A DNA stretch of 64,000 nucleotides from Solirubrobacterales bacterium (GCA_035318745.1 DATHEA010000005.1:88090-152089), one strand, 5' to 3'; shown: positions 37,992 through 49,513, counted from the first letter of the stretch. Translations and numbers: made by a program. Notes: generated from the letters alone by a model not told the origin.

Positions 37992-39609
37992 GTTGTGCGC
38001 TCCCTCGCTTTCGCTTCGGCTTCTTGTTCGGAATTATCACCCTGGCCGACCGCGCCATGCCCAGCATCTGATCGTTGGTCAGGGATTGCAGCAGGCTGTT
38101 GGAGACCCAATAGCTGTTGTCGCCTCGGTGCCAGGCAATCATGCTGACGCGATCGCCGTCGATATAGATGTCGTACTCGCGGCCGTGGATCGTCCTCGTT
38201 TCGCTCGGATTGTCGAGGATCGGAGGATCGCTCCAGCCCCGAATGCCCTGGACCCCGAAGTACTGGGTTTCGTATTCGGGCCCGTACTCGGCGACCATCC
38301 GGTAGGCGGCATGGCGGTTGCCGTCGGTGTCCTTGAAGTGGTACACGCGCGGGTCCTGCACGTGGTAGTAGCTGTTGCTTTCCACGTATGACGCTTCCGC
38401 GGGAAGGCGGCTCGCGTAGAAGACGGGGAATCCGCTGCTGACCTTGCGAGCGACCGACTTCCCCTCGAGCTCGCCTGCTTCGCCGGCGGCGACGAGGCCG
38501 TCGCTCCCGGGCGGCTTCGCCTTCACCCGGGGCTTGGGATGAGGCTTGCTCTTCTTCCCCTTGCCCTTCGTCTTCTTCGACTTCGGGTGTTCGCCGCCTT
38601 CGAGCGAGCCGCGCGGTCCCCCGCTGGCTTCAATCCCGAGGAATTTGTCGACGGCTTCGCCGATCGCTTCCGGAGTCGCGTAGACGAAGCTGGGGCCGAG
38701 TTCCGCCGGGAAGTGGACCTCCTTGATTTCCGCGTTGCGCGAGGCGACGAACAGCTTCAGAACTTCGAGCATCGTCTCCGTGTCGCTGATGTCGGAGGTC
38801 GTGTACTTGGTGAAGATGTCGATCAGTTCGTTGCGGCCGAGGACGAGCTGGTCGATCGGGACCCGCTGGCGTGCGGCGCTGAGGAAGTCCTGCTGGCGCG
38901 CCGCCCGGACCAGGTCGGTGTCGGTGTGGCGGTAGCGCACGTACTGCAGCGCTTTCTTACCGCAGAGCAATTGATAACCCGGCTGGACGTTGATTTCGGC
39001 ATATTCTTCGGAGGGCGGGACGCCGACGTTGGAGTGGTAGTAGCGGCGGTCTACGTCGACGTAGACGCAGTTGATCGCGTCGACCGCGCGGACGAAGCCG
39101 AGGTAGTCGACGTTGACGACGTGGTTGATCGGCAGGCCGGTGAGTTCCTTGACGACCTGCAGGGTCAGCTTCGGCCCCCCGAAGGTGTAGGCGGCGTTGA
39201 ACTTTTCGGTCCCGAAGCCGGGAATTTCAACCTTGAGGTCACGCGGGATCGACATCAGCGCGATCGCGTTCTTTTCCGGGTCGAGCCGCAGCAGCAGGGT
39301 GGTGTCGGAGCGACCTGGGTCTTCGGGTTCGCTGGCGCGCTTGTCGGAGCCGATGATGAGGATGTTCTCCGGTTCCCCCCCATGCGTCTGGGCAAGGACG
39401 CGCTCGACCTTGTTCTGCAATTTGTTGTTGTGAGAGAGAGCGTTGGCGATGCTGCCGATGTAGAGCAGGATGCTGGCCGACGTAGCCGCCGCGGTGACGG
39501 CGACGATCACGACCGAGGCCAGGGTGAAGCGCCACCAGTAGCGCTTGCGCTTCGGCGGTGGCTCGTGGTCGCCCTCGGGTGGCGGCTTCTTGAAGACCGG
39601 CTCGATCAT
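37987..39609 (-). CDS. LytR-CpsA-Psr (LCP) family glycopolymer transferase with C-terminal extension
   Basis: From the ATG at 39609: TM anchor WRFTLASVVIVAVTAAA, then the LCP core ILIIGSDKR...RSDTTLLLRLDP...LMSIPRDL...INHVVNVDYLGF. Confidence 0.85.
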   Translation of the reverse strand: MIEPVFKKPPPEGDHEPPPKRKRYWWRFTLASVVIVAVTAAATSASILLYIGSIANALSHNNKLQNKVERVLAQTHGGEPENILIIGSDKRASEPEDPGRSDTTLLLRLDPEKNAIALMSIPRDLKVEIPGFGTEKFNAAYTFGGPKLTLQVVKELTGLPINHVVNVDYLGFVRAVDAINCVYVDVDRRYYHSNVGVPPSEEYAEINVQPGYQLLCGKKALQYVRYRHTDTDLVRAARQQDFLSAARQRVPIDQLVLGRNELIDIFTKYTTSDISDTETMLEVLKLFVASRNAEIKEVHFPAELGPSFVYATPEAIGEAVDKFLGIEASGGPRGSLEGGEHPKSKKTKGKGKKSKPHPKPRVKAKPPGSDGLVAAGEAGELEGKSVARKVSSGFPVFYASRLPAEASYVESNSYYHVQDPRVYHFKDTDGNRHAAYRMVAEYGPEYETQYFGVQGIRGWSDPPILDNPSETRTIHGREYDIYIDGDRVSMIAWHRGDNSYWVSNSLLQSLTNDQMLGMARSARVIIPNKKPKRKRGSAQP

Positions 39610-39619
39610 CGCCCGGCGA

Positions 39620-40708
39620 TCAGCCTTCGAGCCGGTCCGGGAGCGCCCGCAGGAAGCCTTCGAGCGCCTGCCGGTAGGCCACCAGCGAGGGCACCGAGAC
39701 CCACTCGGCGGGACCGTGGTGGCCTTCGCCAACCGGGCCGAACTCGACCGCCGGCACGCCCACGCGAAGGAACGAGACGGCATCCGAGGCGCCGTCGCGG
39801 CCGACGCTCATCGGCTCCCCGTCGTGGTGAGCCGATGCCGCCTCGCGCAGCCCCTGGACGAAGGGCGAATCGCGGTCGACCACCGCCGGCGGCCTTGTGA
39901 AGAGCGAGGTCACCTCGGCGTCGGGAAGGCTCCGCACCTGCTCGAGCACGGTCTCGGGATCCTGGTCGGGCAGGTAGCGGATGTCGACGTCGATCGCGCA
40001 TCGGTCAGGCACCTTGTTGAGCGCGTCGCCACCCAGGATCCGGCCGAGATTGATCGAGGGGCGGTCGAACAGCTCCGAGCTGTGCCGGGCAAACGGTAGC
40101 GACTCGATACTGCGGAAAACGTCATGTGCCTTCAGCACCGCGTTGTCGCCCAGCCACGGCGTCGCCCCGTGGGCGGCGACGCCGCTGACCTCCAGGCGCA
40201 GCGCCAGGACCCCCTTGGCCTCGACGCCGATCTGCAGGTCGGTCGGCTCACCGGTGATCGCGAAGTCACCGACGAAGCCTCCATCGACGAGATGGTCGCT
40301 GCCGCGGTCCGCCTCCTCCTCGGACTCCTCGTCGCCGACGATGCCAAGCCGAACCCGCACCCGCTCGGAGTCGCGCATAGCGGCCGTGGTCAGCAGCATC
40401 GCCGCCAGCGCCCCCTTCATGTCATAGGCACCACGCCCATAAAGCCGCTCGCCGTCGGCCCGCGGATCGAACTGCCCAGGCCTTCCCGGCACGACGTCGA
40501 GATGCCCATGCAGCACAACCGTAGGCGCGTCCTCAGGCCCGACTTCAGCCTTGAGCACCGGAAGCCCCCGCACCTCTTCCGTAGCCACCTCAATCCCGCG
40601 AGCTTCCAACCAGCCCTCAACGAAACCGGCAGCTTCCAGCACCCCATCCGCCTCGGACGTGTCATAACCGATCAGCCGCGTAGCAAGTGCAACCAGCTCC
40701 TCGCTCAT
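39620..40708 (-). CDS. M20 family metallopeptidase (ArgE/DapE-like)
   Basis: HGHLDVVP, GRGAYDMKG and GDEESEE metal ligand motifs. 362 aa. Confidence 0.78.
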   Translation of the reverse strand: MSEELVALATRLIGYDTSEADGVLEAAGFVEGWLEARGIEVATEEVRGLPVLKAEVGPEDAPTVVLHGHLDVVPGRPGQFDPRADGERLYGRGAYDMKGALAAMLLTTAAMRDSERVRVRLGIVGDEESEEEADRGSDHLVDGGFVGDFAITGEPTDLQIGVEAKGVLALRLEVSGVAAHGATPWLGDNAVLKAHDVFRSIESLPFARHSSELFDRPSINLGRILGGDALNKVPDRCAIDVDIRYLPDQDPETVLEQVRSLPDAEVTSLFTRPPAVVDRDSPFVQGLREAASAHHDGEPMSVGRDGASDAVSFLRVGVPAVEFGPVGEGHHGPAEWVSVPSLVAYRQALEGFLRALPDRLEG

Positions 40709-40780
40709 GGTCCCTTCCCCGAACTTGCACTTACCCGCCTATACGGCGGGAAACTGAAAGTTCGAGCGGCAGAGCGAGGT

Positions 40781-40932
40781 GAGAGGCGACGATGTCCCGA
40801 GGCGGGAATGTGGCCGAAGGCCGCGATATGCAATCTCGTGATTGCGCGGCCGTAGGCCGCGCTCAAACTTAGTCGCAGAGGCCCGCAGGGCCGAGCGATG
40901 TCAATTCCCGCCTCGGGACATCGGCGCCTCTC
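40781..40932 (+). repeat. Family-3 structured palindromic intergenic element, copy 2
   Basis: 29-nt arms 40781-40809 and 40904-40932 are complementary at 28 of 29 positions. The interior has three C-GNA-G triloop hairpins: gtggcc-gaa-ggccgc (40810-24), gcgcggcc-gta-ggccgcgc (40844-62) and ggccc-gca-gggcc (40880-92). The gtgatt / tcaaacttagt motifs are shared with 10431-10572. Confidence 0.82.
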
Positions 40933-40934
40933 AT

Positions 40935-41348
40935 TCATCCCTGGGCGATTGCAAGAAACGCTTCGGCCCGATCGCGATCTTTCTGCGCCCGGGTCTGCTC
41001 GCCGCTCTTGTCCTCCGCCTCAGCGAAACGCTGTTCGGCGTCGGCGAGCTGCTCTTTGAGCGTGGCGGCGTCGAGGTCCTCCGGCGCGATCGCCTCCTCG
41101 ACCAGCAAGCGGGCGTGGTTGCCGAAGACCTGCAGCCAACCGTGTGCCTGCGCGAAGCGGCGGGGCTCGCCGTCGCCCTCAAAGAGGCGAAGCTCGGTCG
41201 GTCGCAGGGCGGCCAGAAGCGGCGCGTGGTTGGCGAGGATGCCGATTTCGCCCCCCGCGGTGCGGGTCGAGACCTGGCTCACCTCGCCGTTGAAGACCTC
41301 ACCCTCGGGAGTGAGGATCTCGACCTCGAATTTGCTCTCGCCGGCCAA
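40935..41348 (-). CDS. atpC: F1 ATP synthase subunit epsilon
   Basis: 137 aa at the operon end, with a beta-sandwich plus helical hairpin pattern (EVEILTPEGEVFNGEV...). Confidence 0.88.
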   Translation of the reverse strand: MAGESKFEVEILTPEGEVFNGEVSQVSTRTAGGEIGILANHAPLLAALRPTELRLFEGDGEPRRFAQAHGWLQVFGNHARLLVEEAIAPEDLDAATLKEQLADAEQRFAEAEDKSGEQTRAQKDRDRAEAFLAIAQG

Positions 41349-41356
41349 GCTGATCC

Positions 41357-42820
<1,464 letters not shown>

Positions 42821-43741
42821 TTAGCCGAGCGCCTCGGCGCCGGCGACTACCTCGAGGATCTCCTGGGTGATCTCCGCCTGCCTGGCCCGGTTCATCTCCA
42901 GGGTGAGGTCGTCCATCATCGTCTCGGCGTTCTCCGCCGCGTTGCGCATCGCCGTCATCCTCGCCCCCAGCTCGGAAGCAGCCGACTCGAGCAGCGCCCG
43001 GTAGACCGAGATGTTCACGTACTCCGGGATGAGCTGTGCCAGCAGCTCTTCGGCGTCGGGCTCGTACTCCCACAGCGCTCGGCTGTGGGCCTTCTCGATC
43101 TCAGTCTCCTCGGCATCCTCTTCCTCCTCTTCGGCGCCAGAGCCGATCACGTCGGCCTGCTGGAGAGGAAGCAGCGTCTGCCGCCAGACGTGTTGGGTGA
43201 GGGGCGAGACATAACGGTTGTAGACGAGCTCGACCCGGTCCAGCTCCTCGTCGACGTAGCGCGCGGTCAGCTCCTCGCCGATCTCACGCGCGTTGGCGAA
43301 GCCGGGCCGGTCGGTGAAGCCGACGTATGAAGTGCGCACGTCCTGCTTGCGGAAGGTCAGCGCGGAGACACCCTTGCGGCCGACCGCGGAGAAGGCCGTC
43401 TCGGCCCCCTGCTCCCGCCACTCGTCGCGCAGGCGCAGGCCGTCGCGGATCACGTTCGTGTTGAAGGCGCCGGCGAGGCCGCGATCGCCGGTGACCAGGA
43501 CGATGCCGACGCGCTTCACGTCCTCGCGCTCGGTCAGCACCGGCACGCGCGGCACCCCGCCGGCCTGCTCGGCAGCACGGCGGGTCAGCTTGCGCATGCC
43601 CTGGGCGTAGGGCCGCAGCTGCTCGATCCGCTGCTCGGCCCGGCGCAGCCGCGCCGCGGCCACCATCTCCATCGCCCGCGTGATCTTGTTGATGTTCTTG
43701 ATCGACGCGATGCGGCTCTTGACGTCCTTCTGGGAAGCCAT
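42821..43741 (-). CDS. atpG: F1 ATP synthase subunit gamma
   Basis: IKNINKITRAMEMVAAARLRRA N-terminus and ITQEILEVVAGAEAL C-terminus. Confidence 0.93.
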   Translation of the reverse strand: MASQKDVKSRIASIKNINKITRAMEMVAAARLRRAEQRIEQLRPYAQGMRKLTRRAAEQAGGVPRVPVLTEREDVKRVGIVLVTGDRGLAGAFNTNVIRDGLRLRDEWREQGAETAFSAVGRKGVSALTFRKQDVRTSYVGFTDRPGFANAREIGEELTARYVDEELDRVELVYNRYVSPLTQHVWRQTLLPLQQADVIGSGAEEEEEDAEETEIEKAHSRALWEYEPDAEELLAQLIPEYVNISVYRALLESAASELGARMTAMRNAAENAETMMDDLTLEMNRARQAEITQEILEVVAGAEALG

Positions 43742-43759
43742 GGACTAGAGGGCCCGCCC

Positions 43760-45400
43760 TTAGGCGGGGGTCGGCTCCTTCTCCGCGTCGTTCTCGGCTT
43801 CCTCGCTGCGACTCGGCGTCGAGCGCTCCTTCTCGGACTTGACCCGGTCGGATTCGCCCGCCTCGAGCGGATCGCCGTGCTCGTCGAAATCGGCGCCGAA
43901 GTCGTCGACGAAGTCGCGGATCGAGGCGCCGAGCTCCTCCTCGTCGGCCTCCTCGAGCTTGCCGGTCTCGGAGATCCGCGCCAGCAGCTCGGACTTCTCG
44001 GAGTGCAGGTGGAGCTTCAGGTCGCGCAGGAACTCGCCGACCCGCTCGGTTTTGATCCGGTCGAGGAAGCCGCCGGTGCCGGAGTAGATCGCGGCGACCT
44101 GATCGGCCATCTCGAGCGGTTCGCGCTCTTTCTGTTTGAGCAGCTCAACCAGCCGTTCGCCGCGGTTCAGCGTTTTCTGCGTCTCCGGATCGAGCTCGGA
44201 GCCGAACTGGGCGAACGCCTCCAGGTCGCGGTACTGGGACAGATCGAGGCGCAGTTTCCCGGCGACCTTCTTCATCGCCTTGGTCTGCGCGTTGCCGCCG
44301 ACCCGCGAGACCGAGATGCCGACGTTGATCGCCGGCCGCACGCCCGAGTTGAAGAGGTCGGACTCGAGGAAGATCTGACCGTCGGTGATCGAGATCACGT
44401 TGGTCGGGATGTAGGCGGAGACGTCCGAGGCCTGGGTCTCGATGATCGGCAGCGCCGTAAGCGAGCCGCCGCCGAGCTCGTCGTTCAGTTTCACCGCCCG
44501 CTCGAGAAGGCGCGAGTGCAGGTAGAAGACGTCGCCGGGGTATGCCTCGCGACCGGGCGGGCGCCGCAGTAGCAGCGACATCTGGCGGTAGGCGTAGGCG
44601 TGCTTGGTGAGGTCGTCGTAGACGCAGAGCGCGGCTTTGCCGTTGTAGAGGAAGTGCTCCCCCATCGCGCAGCCGGCATAGGGCGCGATGAACTTGATCG
44701 GCGCCGCCTCGTCGGCGGGGGCGGCGACGATGATCGTGTTCTCCATCGCGCCGTTCTCCTCCAGCACCTCCTTCAGCTGGACGACGGTCGACATCCGCTG
44801 GCCGATCGCGACATAGATGCAGATCATGTCCTTGTCGCGGTTGTTGATGATCGTGTCGATCGCAATCGCCGTCTTGCCGGTCTGTCGATCGCCGATGATC
44901 AGCTCTCGCTGGCCCCGGCCGATCGGGATCATCCCGTCGATCGACATCAACCCGGTCTGCACCGGCTCGGTCACCGGCTGGCGCTCGACGACTCCCGGCG
45001 CTTTGAACTCGGCCGGGCGGGTCTGATCGGTGGCGATCTCCCCCTTGTTGTCGAGCGGGCGGCCGAGCGGGTCGACGAGGCGCCCGAGCAGATGGTCGCC
45101 GACGGGGATCCGCAGCAGGTGCCCGGTGCGCTTCACCGTGTCGCCCTCGACGACCTTGTCCCACTCGCCGAAGAGCACGGCGCCGACGTTGTCCGCCTCG
45201 AGGTTGAGGGCAAGGCCGGTGACTCCGTGCGGCAGCTCCAGCATCTCCAGCGCCATGCAGTTGTCGAGGCCGTGGATGCGGGCGATCCCGTCGGCCACGG
45301 ACAGCACGGTGCCAACCTCGGAGAGGTCGGCACTGCCGGTGTCCAGTCCCTCGATCCTCTCCCTGAGGATGGATGCGATCTCGTCGGGCTTGATCTCCAT
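43760..45400 (-). CDS. atpA: F1 ATP synthase subunit alpha (with about 35-aa acidic C-terminal extension)
   Basis: Walker [10 protein letters not shown] and a canonical alpha core. 546 aa, ending ...[32 protein letters not shown]. Confidence 0.95.
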   Translation of the reverse strand: MEIKPDEIASILRERIEGLDTGSADLSEVGTVLSVADGIARIHGLDNCMALEMLELPHGVTGLALNLEADNVGAVLFGEWDKVVEGDTVKRTGHLLRIPVGDHLLGRLVDPLGRPLDNKGEIATDQTRPAEFKAPGVVERQPVTEPVQTGLMSIDGMIPIGRGQRELIIGDRQTGKTAIAIDTIINNRDKDMICIYVAIGQRMSTVVQLKEVLEENGAMENTIIVAAPADEAAPIKFIAPYAGCAMGEHFLYNGKAALCVYDDLTKHAYAYRQMSLLLRRPPGREAYPGDVFYLHSRLLERAVKLNDELGGGSLTALPIIETQASDVSAYIPTNVISITDGQIFLESDLFNSGVRPAINVGISVSRVGGNAQTKAMKKVAGKLRLDLSQYRDLEAFAQFGSELDPETQKTLNRGERLVELLKQKEREPLEMADQVAAIYSGTGGFLDRIKTERVGEFLRDLKLHLHSEKSELLARISETGKLEEADEEELGASIRDFVDDFGADFDEHGDPLEAGESDRVKSEKERSTPSRSEEAENDAEKEPTPA

Positions 45401-45419
45401 TGGGGTGCTCTACTCCTCC

Positions 45420-45953
45420 TTACGCCGCTTGGGCGACGCTCTTTCGAAGTTTGTCCAGGCGGCTGCGGATGCTCGCGTCGAGCACCATGTTGCCGACCTG
45501 CAGGACGATGCCACCGAGGATCTCGCCGTCGACCCGGCTGGCCAGCTCGACCGTCTGGCCGGTCTGCCGCTCGATCTCCTCGCCGACCTTGGCCACCACT
45601 GCCGGGTCCAGCTCGACCGCGCTGGTCACGGTCACGTCGATCCGCTTGTTCTCCTTCTTCCACATCTCCTCGAACTCACGGCGGATGCGGAAGATCTCGT
45701 TCATGCGGTGCTTCTCGATCAGCAGCTCGAGGAAGTTGACCAGCTCCTGGTCGGCGCCGCCGACCGCCCGCCGCAGTCCCTCGATCTTCTCGGCCGAGGA
45801 GAAATGCGGGCTGAAGAAGAAGACCTGCAGCTCACGGTCGCCTTCGACGGCATCCGCGAACTGGGCCAGGTCGGCGCCGATCGCGTCAAGCTTGCCTTTC
45901 TCTTTCGCGACGTCGAAAAGCGCCTCGGCGTATACGCGAGCTGCGTCCTGCAT
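45420..45953 (-). CDS. atpH: F1 ATP synthase subunit delta (OSCP)
   Basis: From the ATG at 45953, MQDAARVYAEALFDVAKEKGKL...GGIVLQVGNMVLDASIRSRLDKL. The upstream part of the track ORF overlaps atpF. Confidence 0.88.
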   Translation of the reverse strand: MQDAARVYAEALFDVAKEKGKLDAIGADLAQFADAVEGDRELQVFFFSPHFSSAEKIEGLRRAVGGADQELVNFLELLIEKHRMNEIFRIRREFEEMWKKENKRIDVTVTSAVELDPAVVAKVGEEIERQTGQTVELASRVDGEILGGIVLQVGNMVLDASIRSRLDKLRKSVAQAA

Positions 45954-45955
45954 CT

Positions 45956-46534
45956 CTAGCTCTCCGCCCCCGAGAGGCTGGTGAAGTCGACTTCCGAGAG
46001 CGCCTCCTCGACCAAGCGGCGCTGGTCCTCGGCATTGAGGCTCTTGCGAGTCACCTTCTCGGTGGCCAGCACGGTCAGGTCGGCGACCTCCTTGCGGATC
46101 TGCTCCAGCGAGCGTCGCGTCTCGGCTTCGATGTCGCGCGTCGCAGCCGCAACCAGCTCCTCGCGCTTCTCCTTGCCTGCCGTAGTCGCCTCCGTTTCGG
46201 CGGTTTCCGCTGCCTTGCGGGCGCGGGCCATGATGTCGTCGGCCTGCTCGCGAGCCTCGGCGAGGCGCCTGCGGTACTCCTCGAGCAGCTCGTCGGATTC
46301 GCGCCGCTGCCGTTCCGCCGCGTCGATCGACTCGGCGATCGTCTTGGCCCGCTTGTCGAGTGCCTCCTGGATCTTCGGGAAGGCGACCTTGCTCAACACC
46401 CACATCGTGAAGAGGAAGAGGACGAGCGTCCAGATCATCAGGCCGAGACCCGGCGAGACGAGGAAGCTGCCGCCCGATTCGCTGCCACTCTCGGCGGCAA
46501 ACGGAAGCGCGGATATGTAGCCGAGAACCTCCAT
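45956..46534 (-). CDS. atpF: Fo ATP synthase subunit b
   Basis: Single N-terminal TM helix (LMIWTLVLFLFTMWVL) followed by a long charged helix. Operon position between atpE and atpH. Confidence 0.85.
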   Translation of the reverse strand: MEVLGYISALPFAAESGSESGGSFLVSPGLGLMIWTLVLFLFTMWVLSKVAFPKIQEALDKRAKTIAESIDAAERQRRESDELLEEYRRRLAEAREQADDIMARARKAAETAETEATTAGKEKREELVAAATRDIEAETRRSLEQIRKEVADLTVLATEKVTRKSLNAEDQRRLVEEALSEVDFTSLSGAES

Positions 46535-46537
46535 CCC

Positions 46538-46807
46538 TTACGAGAGGAAGAAGGCGATGAGGCCGAAGATGAAGGTGTAGAAGGCGACCGCCTCGGTCAG
46601 CGCGAAGCCGAGCCAGCGGATGCTTTCGAGCTCGCTTTTCATCTCGGGCTGGCGGGCTACCGACTCGATCTCCTTACCGAAGATGAAGCCGACGCCGATG
46701 CCGGCGCCGATCGAGCCGAGGCCGGCTCCTACGCCGAGGGCGATCGCTTTGCCAGCGCTTTTGACACCTTCATCGGTGACCGCGGCGGCGACGGGGGACA
46801 GATCCAT
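46538..46807 (-). CDS. atpE: Fo ATP synthase subunit c
   Basis: From the ATG at 46807. Helical hairpin with a Gly-rich helix (GAGLGSIGAGIGVG), loop ARQPE and carboxylate helix LGFALTEAVAFY. Confidence 0.9.
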   Translation of the reverse strand: MDLSPVAAAVTDEGVKSAGKAIALGVGAGLGSIGAGIGVGFIFGKEIESVARQPEMKSELESIRWLGFALTEAVAFYTFIFGLIAFFLS

Positions 46808-46829
46808 AGTGAGAACAGTGCTCCTTTGT

Positions 46830-47738
46830 CTAGTGGCTTGCGGAGGTCGCTCCGCCGATGTAGATCGCGGTGAGGGTCGAGAAGATAAACGCCTGCAAGG
46901 TGGCGACGAGGCCGACCTCGAAGATGAAGAAGGCGAAGGCGAGCGGGAAGGTGAGCGTGCCGAGCGCAGCGATCCCGAGCAGCACGGCGAGCCCACCTCC
47001 CATGAAGAGCAGCAGCAGGTGGCCGGCGAGGATGTTGGCGAAGAGACGCACCGAGAGCGAGATCAGCCGCACGAAGTGCGAGATCACCTCGATCAGGAAG
47101 ATCGCCGCCTTGCCGAACGGGCTCATTTCCTCCAGGCCGGGGGGGAGCCAGCCGGCGAAGTAGGCGAAGAAGCCCTTGGACCGGATCCCTTCGACGTGGT
47201 AGGAGATCCAGACCACCAGCGTGAGGACGAGCGGGATCGAGATGTTCGCGGTCGCCGCGTAGATCGCGAAGGCCGGGATTTCCAGGCCGAAGACGTCGAC
47301 GGTGTGCTCGGTGTTGATCGGCAGCGGGATGAAGCCGATCATGTTCGAGAACCAGATGAAGAAGAAGAGGGCGCCGAGGAAGGGGAACCAGCGGATCGCG
47401 GTCTTGGTGTCCATGTTGCCGCCGGTGATGTTGTTCTTGGTCAGGTCGTAGGCGAGCTCGACCGCGGTCTGGACGCGGTTGGGCTTCTGCGCCATGCGGC
47501 GCGAGATCCAGGTCATCGCGAAGATCGTCAGGGCGCTGGCGAGGACGAGGTAGAGGACGGCCTTGTTGATGCTGAGATCGAGGCTGCCGAGGTGGATCGG
47601 CACCCATTCTTCGAGTTTGAACTCGTTCTGGGGCTTGAACTCTTCGTTCTTGCCGTCATTGCCGAAGATCAGCAGCATCGCGATCGCCAGCGCGAGGTAG
47701 CCACCGATGCCGATCAGGACTTTGCTGCGCGTCTTCAC
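46830..47738 (-). CDS. atpB: Fo ATP synthase subunit a
   Basis: 302 aa, polytopic, with the essential Arg region LISLSVRLFANILAGH. Confidence 0.92.
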   Translation of the reverse strand: MKTRSKVLIGIGGYLALAIAMLLIFGNDGKNEEFKPQNEFKLEEWVPIHLGSLDLSINKAVLYLVLASALTIFAMTWISRRMAQKPNRVQTAVELAYDLTKNNITGGNMDTKTAIRWFPFLGALFFFIWFSNMIGFIPLPINTEHTVDVFGLEIPAFAIYAATANISIPLVLTLVVWISYHVEGIRSKGFFAYFAGWLPPGLEEMSPFGKAAIFLIEVISHFVRLISLSVRLFANILAGHLLLLFMGGGLAVLLGIAALGTLTFPLAFAFFIFEVGLVATLQAFIFSTLTAIYIGGATSASH

Positions 47739-48115
47739 GGCGCCTTGATCTCCCGCGCTTCGGGCTCGAGCAGGTAGACGAGGCCCTGCGCGGCCAAGGA
47801 GATGGTGAAGAGGGCGAGCAGCAGCAGCGCGGCCGAGAGGCCGGCTTCACGCTCGGCGATGCCGACCAGCAGCACGGCGGTCACCATCAGCCAGACCCGA
47901 CCCAGGGCGGTCGCTGCGACCGTCCCCATCGCCTTCTGGCGGTTTCCGTGAGCCAATTCCTTGCTGACGCGGCGAGCGGCGAGCACCTGGATTCCCCGCT
48001 GCGCGAGCCAGGCGCCAGCGGCTACGGCGTAGCCGAGCAGGGGCAGCCCGCCGAGCACGAACACGGCGAGGGCGGCGGCTAGCACCAGGAGATCGACATG
48101 CTTGGGAGGAGACAT
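47735..48115 (-). CDS. small membrane protein at the head of the atp operon (AtpI-like by position)
   Basis: From the ATG at 48115: about 126 aa and 3-4 TM helices, overlapping the atpB start by 4 nt. Assignment is by position only. Confidence 0.45.
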   Translation of the reverse strand: MSPPKHVDLLVLAAALAVFVLGGLPLLGYAVAAGAWLAQRGIQVLAARRVSKELAHGNRQKAMGTVAATALGRVWLMVTAVLLVGIAEREAGLSAALLLLALFTISLAAQGLVYLLEPEAREIKAP

Positions 48116-48247
48116 AAGTCTGCAACAGCCGCCCGTCTCATGGGGAGCGGGCGGACGAGCGACTATATCCGAAAGGGCCGTCGATCCGCTTTCTAGAGCC
48201 AGTTCGTGAGGCTTGTCACAACCTCGCACAAAGTCGAAAAAGCCCTT

Positions 48248-49504
48248 TTAGCGGTCTGGTTCGACTGCCTCGAACTCACCCGTCTCCGGATCGATCGCGG
48301 GGAAGCTGCCGGTCTCCAGCTCGCGGGCAACGGCGAGGTCGACCTGCTCGGCCTGCGGGACCGGTCGGCCGGCATCGCGGCGCACGCTGACGAGCTGGCG
48401 CAGCCGCATGTGGCGCAGGTTGAGGATCTCGAGCACCTCGACCAGGTAGACGCTCGCCCCGAGAGCGAACAGGCCGAAGGCGATCATCACCGCGGTCCAG
48501 AAGGGGTCGAAGTGGCCGTGGTCGTCGCTGTAGGGGACGAAGCGCAAGGCCAGCGCGACGGCGGCCATGACGAAGGTCCAGCCATAGAGGTAGGCGAGCG
48601 TGCGCCGCTGCGAGAAGCCGATGTCGGCCATGCGGTGGTGGAAGTGCCAGCGGTCGGCACGGTAGATCGGGCGGCGGTATTTGAGCCGCTTGGCGACGAC
48701 GAAGCCGGTATCGAGGATCGGCACGGTGAGGATGATCAGCGGCAGGAACAGGGCAATTACGGCGTTGGTCTTCAGTGCTCCCTGCACAGCGACGACGCCC
48801 AGCAGGAAGCCGAGCAGGTTGGAGCCGGTGTCCCCCATGAAGGTCTTGGCCGGCGGGAAGCCGTGGCGGAGGAAGCCGAGCGAGGCGCCGGCGGTGAGCG
48901 CGGCGAGGATGCCGGCGGCGTTGCGCTCCAGCGAAAGGGCGATCACGGCAAGCGCGACCCCGGAGATGACGCAGACCCCCGCGGCGAGCCCGTCGACGCC
49001 GTCGATCAGGTTGATCACGTTGATCACAGCGACGATGCCGATCACGGTGCCGACGTCGCCGAGTGAGATCGTGCCGCCGCCGGGCAGGCCGAGCAGGTCT
49101 ACGGAGCCCGGGTTGAGCTGGCCGAGGAAGGGGAAGGTGAAGCTTTCGACCGTGACGCCGGCAGTGACCGGGATCACAACGGCGACCGTTTGCCCGAGGA
49201 GCTTGGTCGCCGCGCCGAGGTCGTAGATGTCGTCGAGGACGCCGATCGCCGTGATTGCTGCTGCGCCGATGAGGATCGCCCGCGTCTCGGCGTCCCAGGG
49301 CAGCCAGATCAGGGCAGAGACCAGGACCCCGGCAAAGATCGCCAGACCGCCCAGTTTCGGCGTCGGCACTTCGTGCAGCGAGCGCACGCCGGGAAGGTCG
49401 ATCGCCCCGGCGCGACGGGCGAGGCGGATCGTGGCAGGCACCAGAAGCAGGGTCAGGATCCCCGCGACGAGGAAGGCGAGGAGGGCTTCGACCGACGCCG
49501 GCAT
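48248..49504 (-). CDS. wecA: polyprenyl-phosphate N-acetylhexosamine-1-phosphate transferase (MraY/WecA family)
   Basis: Polytopic, with DDxxD-like VLDDIYDL, NLIDGVDGL and MGDTGSN motifs. It sits directly upstream of the atp operon, as Rv1302 (rfe) does in M. tuberculosis. Confidence 0.88.
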   Translation of the reverse strand: MPASVEALLAFLVAGILTLLLVPATIRLARRAGAIDLPGVRSLHEVPTPKLGGLAIFAGVLVSALIWLPWDAETRAILIGAAAITAIGVLDDIYDLGAATKLLGQTVAVVIPVTAGVTVESFTFPFLGQLNPGSVDLLGLPGGGTISLGDVGTVIGIVAVINVINLIDGVDGLAAGVCVISGVALAVIALSLERNAAGILAALTAGASLGFLRHGFPPAKTFMGDTGSNLLGFLLGVVAVQGALKTNAVIALFLPLIILTVPILDTGFVVAKRLKYRRPIYRADRWHFHHRMADIGFSQRRTLAYLYGWTFVMAAVALALRFVPYSDDHGHFDPFWTAVMIAFGLFALGASVYLVEVLEILNLRHMRLRQLVSVRRDAGRPVPQAEQVDLAVARELETGSFPAIDPETGEFEAVEPDR

Positions 49505-49513
49505 CGATCCAGG

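Noticed and set aside
48116-48247. An atp operon promoter: a TATAGT-like hexamer on the minus strand near 48165-48170.
   Set aside because: No acceptable -35 element lies at 16-18 nt spacing, and actinobacterial promoters are too degenerate to call from sequence alone.
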